Translations under genes and position numbers: made by a program | Virus record (IMG/VR): IMGVR_UViG_3300038393_001141 | Length of the DNA stretch: 64,000 bases | Source of the DNA: an uncultured virus (IMG/VR IMGVR_UViG_3300038393_001141) | Lineage: Duplodnaviria > Heunggongvirae > Uroviricota > Caudoviricetes | Reading direction: 5' to 3' (one strand) | The notes under the pieces: generated by a model | The model's database searches: none | What the model was told of the DNA's origin: nothing | The model's input: only the letters and a program-made list of their open reading frames with translations | Shown here: one piece after another, positions 56,795 to 64,000 of the stretch | How positions within the stretch are numbered: the first letter of the stretch is position 1 | Layout of the letters: each line of letters begins with the position of its first letter

Positions 56795-56824
56795 GTCTTA
56801 GGGTTCGGGCATAGCTGCAATCAG

Positions 56825-57166
56825 CTATAGGATTTCAGCTTTCAATGCTTTGTTCTCCTCCTGCAACCCCTCAATCAAGTCAGCCGCCTTCGTCTGCAGT
56901 GGTATTACTGGATACCGATCTACTGCCCCAGGGTAAATTCCGCGCAGATTATTGACGATGTCTGTCGTGTCTGCCTTCAGCTCAGCCAGACGCTCTTTAG
57001 TGATCCTTCCCAGGGCTGTGGGCCGCGTCTTGGGGCTTGCCTGCCACGCTTGCCACATCATGGATGCTATGTCGTGATAGTAGTAACCCTCTTGCTCGTT
57101 GTAATCCAACGGCATATTAGGCTTTACGGATTTCATCCAGCGTTCAAAGTGTTCTTTTCTGGTCAC
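56825..57166 (-). CDS. hypothetical protein
   Basis: REHFE.W...Y...MWQAWQA; coupled to the primase. Confidence 0.6.
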   Translation of the reverse strand: MTRKEHFERWMKSVKPNMPLDYNEQEGYYYHDIASMMWQAWQASPKTRPTALGRITKERLAELKADTTDIVNNLRGIYPGAVDRYPVIPLQTKAADLIEGLQEENKALKAEIL

Positions 57167-60048
57167 ACAGCCTCCTCTAACATGTTCAATGGTTCGTTAG
57201 GCTTCACAAGATTCAGATGTCCGAACGCCTTGGTGGCCAAGCACAAGCACCTGGTAGGCGGGGTTTGCGTGTCAGTTCCAGTCCCCAGTCTCACCATTGC
57301 TACATCCTTGAGCCATCCTTTCGACTCGATAATGGACTTCATCTCGCTGTAGCTAACGTCGTTCTTCTTGCACCAATCTATGACTGCTTTCGTCGATATG
57401 TACATCTCCCCGGTATTCACCGATACCCGACCCGTAATAGCACCATGCGGCGGACCGTAGTTTGTCACGTAGTGCGCTACTTGCTTCTGCCTAGTATCTC
57501 CCATGGTGTAGGTGACAATAAACCCGCCATGAAGCTCAGCAACCATCGAGCTGAACATATCACTCAAATCTCGCACCGATTCGCTTGAGATGGATTTCAA
57601 GTCCCTCAACCTGGCAATCACCCACCCGCGAAGAGCCACCATATCAAACTTGTGCAAACCAAGCTGTTGCGCGATCCTGCCGGCTACCAGCACACATGCA
57701 GCACCCATCTTCCAGTTACGACCATCCCTCTCCAGGTGAGCATCGCTCATGAGGTCAGCACCTACCCGGTTCAACTCATCGAACAACGCAGCGCGGTTCT
57801 GCACCACATAAGGCAGGAACACCTCGCCGGCCACACCTGTGATCTCCATGAGCTCCTGGAACACCTCAGCGCCTTCCACAGACGACATCGCGGATGTGTA
57901 GTGTTCAGTGAACCGGTACTGCCACACCCGGGCCATTTGAGGAGCTGCGTTCGAGTACACCATCGACATATTTTCAGACATAGGCTTGTTGCCGCTGGTG
58001 AGCAGGAAATTGCACCAGTTGATATCTGAGTTGTCACGCAGTCCGCCGTCAGCTTTGGCTTGTATCTTGGCTATGCCGCTACTATACCGGTACGCAAACT
58101 CACCGATCTTTTCTCCCTTCCAGTTGGTCGCTTCATCCAGCACCATGGGCAGGTTTCTATGCATGCCGGCTGTGATGGTTAGCGCGAGAGGAGTGGTTCC
58201 ATCGGCATCAACAATGTCCGTCTTGCTCCAAATTCCCACGGCAAGTTTTGATGCTGTACTCTTGCCGGCGCCTGACTTGCGGGACCAGGCGTTGAATACG
58301 ATCCCGATCGGTTTCGGGTGAATGATGTGCAGGAGGATGGATGCAAACCCAGCCAGGTACGTGAACTGGAACTCCTCGTGGTCCGGATGGTTGTAGGCCC
58401 GGTTCACCAGTTGCTTGTACCTATCCAGATCGCCGGTTGGAACCATGGAGTCAGCCAGCTTGCGCAGGGTCGGCTTGAGTTTGATAGTCTTGATTTCCCC
58501 GCTCGGTAGGTACTGCTTGTCTCCGTACAAGAAAGAACCATCGTCGTACCACCCCATATGCGTGAACATGGCAGTCTCAGCTTGAACACGCTTTATTTCT
58601 TCAATCCACATATGCATATATCTCTCCAGCGACCTCAGTTTTCCCGGCTTGATTGAAACCATCAGGCTGCCGCACAGGGCACCCAGAAGAGCGCTCCCAC
58701 CCTGACCAAATACCTTGGCGTCGATCTCAGCTTCCTTGTACACCCCAGGCTTTATGTACGCCCTAATGACAGCCCGGTACTGGCCAGACTCAACGTCCCG
58801 GTAGTAGTCTATGACTTCAGGTATCGAGCTGGTTATTACATTCCACACTGGGGATCCGCCATCTACCTTCTCGTATGCACTCAGCCCGCCAGCCTCTTTG
58901 CGGAACTTACCCTCGAACACAGCCGGTAGCGATCCAAGCTCTTCGACAGTTTCCTCTCCTGAATCTGAGACGTATGTAACCGTGCTGACAGCCGGAGGCT
59001 GTATGGCTCCCAACCGTATAGGCGCCTTGACACTGAACTCACAGCCAGCACACCCCTCCGGGTTGATGCTCTTGAACGACTCGCACGTAGCAGGGCCTGA
59101 ATTCCAGTTGGAAAGCTTCTCTTCAGTGTCCTGGTAGTTGTACCCGGGGTGTCCACTACTCCACTCATGCGCAAACTGGGGCCCGTCGACTGCTTGCTTT
59201 ATCGCTCCAAGGCAAATGCGCCACAGCGGTTCGGACTGGCCAACTCCCTTGTTGTCCCTGAACAAGCGAATCTGGTTGCACTTGTCAGCTATTATTTCTG
59301 CAGATGCCGGCTCAAACTCCAACCCCCCACCGAGATCGTCGTTTATCCCAGAGACAGGGGCTCTTGAAGGAGGCGCCACGTTCAGCCCTAAATCCTTTTT
59401 GATCTGGGATAGTTTGGCGACCCACGATTTAAACTTTATCGGCACCAGATTTGGAGTGCCCATCAGCTTCACAGGCTTGACACCCAGACCCTTCGCGGTC
59501 TTGTCGTTGTTGGTCCCTATAGGACGCAGTACGCTGGATATATCCGCGGTGCGGCTGGTGTCGTCCTGGCCAAGTTTGTAGTGGGCACATATCGATTTGA
59601 AAACACCGGCAGCCACGCGCCACTGATCTCTTGGCACATCCTGGTCGAACGTCCAGTAGACATGAAGTCCATTGCCGCTATTAACGAGTAGGTTATATTT
59701 GGGTAGGCCCGTCGTATCCAGAAAATTACTGAGCTGTATCAGGTTATCTCTCTGGTTCCCGTCTAAGTCTAACCATTGTGATTTAGCGTATAGTGCGTTT
59801 TCTCCTGTCCTGTAATGTGTCTTTGTAGTTCCATCTGCATGTGTTGTTGTGTAACTAGGTTGGTCAAACGATGCACATGCGAAGTAGACATTCGTGCCGC
59901 GGCTGCTGATTGTAGCCGCACGCTCAGCCATATATTTGGTGTCGGTAAAATGTAAGTGTTTGTATCCTTTATTACTATTTAACGGTAACGCGAGGAAATA
60001 GTTACCACTGGACGGCAGAATTGCCGTGAGAAATTGCTCCGTATTCAT
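57163..60048 (-). CDS. primase-helicase (N-terminal primase, DUF927-type helicase)
   Basis: WLDLD...NSGNGLHVYW...VLRP.GT.N; EPLW..HEWS..HP.Y; TCESF...C..C; GAGKST Walker A, LDE Walker B. Confidence 0.85.
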   Translation of the reverse strand: MNTEQFLTAILPSSGNYFLALPLNSNKGYKHLHFTDTKYMAERAATISSRGTNVYFACASFDQPSYTTTHADGTTKTHYRTGENALYAKSQWLDLDGNQRDNLIQLSNFLDTTGLPKYNLLVNSGNGLHVYWTFDQDVPRDQWRVAAGVFKSICAHYKLGQDDTSRTADISSVLRPIGTNNDKTAKGLGVKPVKLMGTPNLVPIKFKSWVAKLSQIKKDLGLNVAPPSRAPVSGINDDLGGGLEFEPASAEIIADKCNQIRLFRDNKGVGQSEPLWRICLGAIKQAVDGPQFAHEWSSGHPGYNYQDTEEKLSNWNSGPATCESFKSINPEGCAGCEFSVKAPIRLGAIQPPAVSTVTYVSDSGEETVEELGSLPAVFEGKFRKEAGGLSAYEKVDGGSPVWNVITSSIPEVIDYYRDVESGQYRAVIRAYIKPGVYKEAEIDAKVFGQGGSALLGALCGSLMVSIKPGKLRSLERYMHMWIEEIKRVQAETAMFTHMGWYDDGSFLYGDKQYLPSGEIKTIKLKPTLRKLADSMVPTGDLDRYKQLVNRAYNHPDHEEFQFTYLAGFASILLHIIHPKPIGIVFNAWSRKSGAGKSTASKLAVGIWSKTDIVDADGTTPLALTITAGMHRNLPMVLDEATNWKGEKIGEFAYRYSSGIAKIQAKADGGLRDNSDINWCNFLLTSGNKPMSENMSMVYSNAAPQMARVWQYRFTEHYTSAMSSVEGAEVFQELMEITGVAGEVFLPYVVQNRAALFDELNRVGADLMSDAHLERDGRNWKMGAACVLVAGRIAQQLGLHKFDMVALRGWVIARLRDLKSISSESVRDLSDMFSSMVAELHGGFIVTYTMGDTRQKQVAHYVTNYGPPHGAITGRVSVNTGEMYISTKAVIDWCKKNDVSYSEMKSIIESKGWLKDVAMVRLGTGTDTQTPPTRCLCLATKAFGHLNLVKPNEPLNMLEEAV

Positions 60049-60117
60049 CAAACTCTCCCGAGGACAGAGTATCCTACGCCTTGTAATGCGTATTGGCAAT
60101 AGGTATTGTAATCTGAC

Positions 60118-60387
60118 CTACGATTTGTCTTGAGGTGTCATGTAATGCTCTATTGTAGAGCATATGTAACTACTCTCTTCGCGACCTCTGTAGTGTTTCG
60201 GGGAAGGGAGCTTTTGATCTTGAACTGCCTGGTTGATGGATTCCAGCAAGAGCTTGACCCTACTTCGAAGCAGTGAATGGGGTTCGGTGTGATTGTTGAG
60301 CCATTGACTGGCTGTGACTCGACTGATGCCGAGTAATTTTGCTACGTGGCGGGGTTTGATACCTGCACTGACAGCCTGTTCAAACAT
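60118..60387 (-). CDS. XRE/Cro-like HTH protein
   Basis: VAKLLGISRVTASQWLN HTH. Confidence 0.75.
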   Translation of the reverse strand: MFEQAVSAGIKPRHVAKLLGISRVTASQWLNNHTEPHSLLRSRVKLLLESINQAVQDQKLPSPKHYRGREESSYICSTIEHYMTPQDKS

Positions 60388-60650
60388 TAGTGTATTTCCT
60401 CGCTATCAGGGCGACTGAAGCCTCTTGCTTCGGCACCAATCTGGGTGGTGGTCAGCATGTGGTCAGCCGCAAGCTCAATCAGCTCCTGCATCTGTATGGG
60501 GGTGGCGCCCTCCATGACTGCTAACCTGCCTATAAACTCACTCAAGCCCATGAGGATTTCCACAGAGGAGAATCCCTTGTCCAGCAAGGCCCGGGCAGTA
60601 ATGTCCTGGACCCCTTCCAGCTTGCGCTTTTCTATGTGAAACGTACCCAT
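60387..60650 (-). CDS. hypothetical protein
   Basis: Coupled ORF. Confidence 0.6.
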   Translation of the reverse strand: MGTFHIEKRKLEGVQDITARALLDKGFSSVEILMGLSEFIGRLAVMEGATPIQMQELIELAADHMLTTTQIGAEARGFSRPDSEEIH

Positions 60651-60678
60651 TCTTGTTTGTTCCTGTTATGTTTTAGGT

Positions 60679-60905
60679 GAGAGTGTGGCCGGCGTTGATC
60701 TCCGGCTTGCGGTACTTTCGCTGACACTTCTTTCGGATTCTATCTGCGGCGTATCAAAGGCCCTGTCTTCGCCGCATCGTCAGCCTGCTCTCTTTAGCGT
60801 TTGTCCTGTACTCAGGTAGCGTAACCTTAGTCACCTGTACTCGCTCAGCTTTGCATCTTTCGATGACCCACATCGCAGCGTATCAACCTACGCATTCACA
60901 CTCTC
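60679..60905 (-). ncRNA. putative structured ncRNA with kissing-loop pseudoknot
   Basis: 9-bp closing helix, two terminal hairpins with complementary loops, internal helices, GAAA tetraloop on the minus strand. Confidence 0.65.
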
Positions 60906-60917
60906 TTTATTGCTCTT

Positions 60918-61856
60918 TTAGTCGTCGTTCAAAGAAGCCAGCAGCTCATCCAGGTCGTCAACCATTACCGCTTGCTTCTTCACCTCGGCTTTTGGTGCAG
61001 TGGCTTCGACCTTTACCGCAGGGGTTTCAGCGGCGACCGCAGGGGCTGACTTGACTCTGGGTTTTGCAACCTTCGCGACTTCCGGCTCCAGCTTAGGCGC
61101 TACCTTCGCTGTCTCGAACGGCTCGTCATCTGCAACCGCGGCTGACTGAAACGCGATCGTCCCTATGATCTGACCGACCAATTCCGACGCAGCCACTTCT
61201 TGAGCCTCTTTGAACTGCTCCCCGGCCAAGAATCCAACTCCTTTGAAAATCAGTTGGGGTGTGGCAACTTCTTGCTCGAACCTAAGCTTTGTGATGACTG
61301 AGCTATAAGGTATGCCGCGTGCGGCCAAGGTGCGACCGTACTCTGCCAGGGGTTTCAGCGAAGCAGCCGGCACACGTAACATCATTGGCTCATTCAGGTG
61401 ATCAGGGGCTGCAACAGCCACGCGCCGGGAATCAGCACACGCCTTGCCCTTACCATTCTTGGAGGAACCAAACGCATTCCACTTGCAGGTTGCGCAGGAC
61501 TTTGACTGCGGATCGGTGGAGTCCTTGTCCGGAGACACGCCATCGTTGCTGAAGCATGCAGGCTTGGTGGGCTCTTCGCCCTCTACCCACTCCTTGCCGT
61601 ACCAGACTTTCGACAGGGTTTTGTTGGCCTTGAGGATGACGACTTCGAGGTTGGTTGCGGCCTCTTCATCGTCGTTGGGGTTCATGACGATTTGGCGGTT
61701 GTCCTTGCCAGATACAATCGCGAATACCTTGCCCTTGATGGACAGGGATTTGAAACCACCACCCACACCAGTGCTGAGATCGTCATTGGCTGGCTTGTCG
61801 AGGTTGGTCAGGAAAGAAGGCAGTTGCTTTGATTCGAAAGGGATTACGTTGCTCAT
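60918..61856 (-). CDS. putative single-stranded DNA-binding protein
   Basis: LSIKGKVF, P.CFSNDG..PD, C.TC.WN.FGS...GKAC..SRR, acidic C-terminus DDLDELLASLNDD. Confidence 0.7.
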   Translation of the reverse strand: MSNVIPFESKQLPSFLTNLDKPANDDLSTGVGGGFKSLSIKGKVFAIVSGKDNRQIVMNPNDDEEAATNLEVVILKANKTLSKVWYGKEWVEGEEPTKPACFSNDGVSPDKDSTDPQSKSCATCKWNAFGSSKNGKGKACADSRRVAVAAPDHLNEPMMLRVPAASLKPLAEYGRTLAARGIPYSSVITKLRFEQEVATPQLIFKGVGFLAGEQFKEAQEVAASELVGQIIGTIAFQSAAVADDEPFETAKVAPKLEPEVAKVAKPRVKSAPAVAAETPAVKVEATAPKAEVKKQAVMVDDLDELLASLNDD

Positions 61857-61868
61857 GTCGGTTGGTCC

Positions 61869-62081
61869 TTATTTGTTAGTTACGATGTTCTTGATTCTGA
61901 GAAGCTGAGCTTCCAGCTTCATGTTCTTTGACTTTTCTTCCAGAAGAGCCGCTGCATGGTCGTCGATCCATCGAGATAACTGCTCTGCGTCCTCAAGACG
62001 GTTGCGGTCCATCACCTCCAAAATAGAAGCCCAATGCGCAACAGGCTTCCCATGCAAATATGCGATTTCTCCTGGATACAT
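61869..62081 (-). CDS. hypothetical protein
   Basis: Coupled ORF. Confidence 0.5.
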   Translation of the reverse strand: MYPGEIAYLHGKPVAHWASILEVMDRNRLEDAEQLSRWIDDHAAALLEEKSKNMKLEAQLLRIKNIVTNK

Positions 62082-62461
62082 CAGCTCCTCCTGACATTGA
62101 TTGTCTGAACGCGGGTGATATTCACGCCGGGTGGGGGTACTTCGTTCTCTTCGATGTATGCTTCAACCGCGGTCTTGTTGACTCGCTTCTCCAGCATCCC
62201 CCAAAAATCCTTGTCTTTTATGAATTCGAGAGCGGCGTCCCAGTCCGCAACGGACGCCTGAGTCTTTATGCTGCGGTATGCTGTGCCAAATTCGGTCTTT
62301 AGTGAGTCGGTGCCGTCTGCGTTAAATTGCTCCATGATTTGGGATTCAATTTTTTCCTGGGCTGCCTTATCGGCAGCATCGGCTTCTTCGTATTCTTTCT
62401 TGCGTTGAGCCCTCCGGTCACGCAATCGAATGTATATTTCTACTCTCTTTGCAATATTCAT
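62081..62461 (-). CDS. conserved replication-module protein
   Basis: Y..LRD...KTEFGT.Y...DWD..LEKRV...PPG; typical between SNF2 and SSB genes. Confidence 0.65.
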   Translation of the reverse strand: MNIAKRVEIYIRLRDRRAQRKKEYEEADAADKAAQEKIESQIMEQFNADGTDSLKTEFGTAYRSIKTQASVADWDAALEFIKDKDFWGMLEKRVNKTAVEAYIEENEVPPPGVNITRVQTINVRRS

Positions 62462-62509
62462 GTAAAATCTCCAATTATTCACATCATACACTACTTTACA
62501 TTGTATTGT

Positions 62510-64000
62510 CTATCTGTTTATGTCTTTCTCCTGTATTATGTCTAGTAAAAATCCCTGCATGTTTGATTTTTCTTGCAGTCTCTTGTACATCGCACGTTCG
62601 ACCGCGCTGCCTTCTATGTTGACTATAAGCTGGTTCAATTTCTGCCCGGGCCTCGTTATCCTGGCGTTGGCTTGCTCGTAAGTTTCGGCGCTGTTAGTCG
62701 GAGCAAACCAGATAATCACCGACGCCGCAGTCAAGGTAAGACCATGGGACATCACTCCAGCATTCGCCACGATTACACGCGGGTCAGGTGCGTTCTGAAA
62801 TGCACCGAATATCTGATCTCTAGTTCCTTTTGGGGTGCCTCCGCTCACCACCTCAACCGTGAAATACTTGCGTAAATACTCTGCTACAGCTTCCAGTGTT
62901 GACGTGAATGGAACGAACACGATTACCTTGCTTCCAGCTTCTTCGATGATCTCCTTGGTTACAGCCAGGCGTTCAGGTGCTGGTATTACTATCTCCTCTC
63001 CATCGTTGCCGTACACCACACCGCAAGCGATTTGGACCAATTTCATGGCTTTTACAGCCTCGTTGACAGCAGTGACATAACCACCGTCGTATTCGGAATG
63101 CAGCTTGGTCAGCATGGTCCGGTACATCTCTTTCTGTTCTTTGGACATGTCGACCGTTCGGGTTTCGAACGTGGTCGGCGGTAGGTCAATGCACTCGTCC
63201 CTCTTGAACCGGATTGCCGGCTGCATGGCATTTGATACCAGGTCCAGAGCACCTTCCCGGGGTACGAACTTGAACGGCCCGATCTTCTTCATGACGGTGT
63301 CCCTGAACGATCCAAAATACGGCGGGACAGAAGATGGGTTGATCAGCCTACATTGGGCCCATGCGTCGGTAGGGCTGTTGGGTATTGGAGTCCCAGTGAA
63401 CCCCCACACCACCTTCAGCTTGGAGAATGCTTTCTTGTGCGACTTCCACCGATCGGTGGATGCGTTTCTAGCCGCTTGGGATATTTCGTCCAGGAGACCA
63501 ATGTCTATATCCTCTCGCTCAGCGATCGCGTCGGCCAAAATCTTGATTCCGTCGTGGTTGATTATGTAAATGTCAACCTCTTGATTCAGCAGCTTAAATC
63601 GCTTGTCTCGGGTGCCGTGAAGCACAGAGAAGTTAAGATGTGGAAAATTACGGAATATCTCGTCACCCCACGTTCTCTCCAGTGTTGACATTGGCGACGA
63701 TATTAATAGCCTCTTGACCTTCCCTACGCTCCGCAGGTAGTCGTACGCCCACAAACCTGACAGGGATTTGCCTGTTCCCATGTCGTTAAGACAAAAAGCC
63801 CTTGGGTGATTAGCCAGGAATTCTGTTGTTACTTTTTGATGGTCGAACGGAGTAAACCGCCCAGGCCAGTCGTAGTAGAACCCGATAGGCGAGGGCACAT
63901 CAATACCCATATTGTTTAAGACTTTCGTTTCGTCCATCCGGTGCGGTACTACTACGAGTGTTTTTCCCTTGTACGTTATGGTTCTTGCAGTAGGTATTAT
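62510..64000 (-). CDS. SNF2-family helicase (allele B; start beyond window end)
   Basis: DMGTGKS, LDE, FTGTP, GLTLTAA, QANARI.RPGQ; frame open to 64000. Confidence 0.9.
   Translation of the reverse strand: MIPTARTITYKGKTLVVVPHRMDETKVLNNMGIDVPSPIGFYYDWPGRFTPFDHQKVTTEFLANHPRAFCLNDMGTGKSLSGLWAYDYLRSVGKVKRLLISSPMSTLERTWGDEIFRNFPHLNFSVLHGTRDKRFKLLNQEVDIYIINHDGIKILADAIAEREDIDIGLLDEISQAARNASTDRWKSHKKAFSKLKVVWGFTGTPIPNSPTDAWAQCRLINPSSVPPYFGSFRDTVMKKIGPFKFVPREGALDLVSNAMQPAIRFKRDECIDLPPTTFETRTVDMSKEQKEMYRTMLTKLHSEYDGGYVTAVNEAVKAMKLVQIACGVVYGNDGEEIVIPAPERLAVTKEIIEEAGSKVIVFVPFTSTLEAVAEYLRKYFTVEVVSGGTPKGTRDQIFGAFQNAPDPRVIVANAGVMSHGLTLTAASVIIWFAPTNSAETYEQANARITRPGQKLNQLIVNIEGSAVERAMYKRLQEKSNMQGFLLDIIQEKDINR

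Noticed and set aside
60715..60790. Hammerhead ribozyme (CUGACGA...GAAA on the minus strand)
   Set aside because: The stem after CUGACGA is followed by GAUA rather than GAAA, and GCUGAC pairs well with downstream GUCAGC; canonical stems I/III were not found.
63457..63583. Biological direct terminal repeat
   Set aside because: It lies mid-gene, is exactly 127 bp and is followed by divergent homologous sequence; an assembly-graph junction explains it better.

Overview
The window is essentially one complete ~63.5 kb temperate podovirus-like tailed phage genome in its free (attP-intact) form, probably infecting a proteobacterium (inferred). Positions 1-127 are identical to 63457-63583, closing the circle inside a SNF2 helicase gene. 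The window then continues into a second, synonymously diverged helicase allele. The minus-strand arm (56.8-64 kb joined to 1-24 kb) carries primase-helicase, an SSB-like protein, SNF2 helicase, VRR-NUC, a Cas4-like exonuclease, family A DNA polymerase, tyrosine integrase/excisionase with a tRNA-Cys attP, a MazG-like protein, a MoxR AAA + vWA/metallopeptidase pair and a ~14 kb accessory region of tiny genes. The plus-strand arm (24.3-56.8 kb) carries an exonuclease, terminases, portal, an accessory virion cassette (LamG protein, glycoside hydrolase), scaffold, capsid, tail tubes, lysis genes, tail fibre, a GNAT protein and ejection proteins. Four free-standing homing endonucleases are present. 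The most notable unexplained signals are: (i) an expanded family of at least 12 divergent ~50-70 aa paralogues, mostly below the ORF-track cutoff, plus related families in the early region; (ii) a strand-polarised 9-mer ATGACTGCT seen 13 times; (iii) a ~227 nt closed, kissing-loop structured RNA behind the SSB gene; (iv) a multi-hairpin early leader with repeated TAGCG loops; and (v) tandem identical internal-loop hairpins in the scaffold 5' UTR. All calls come from reading motifs by eye; no database searches were run.
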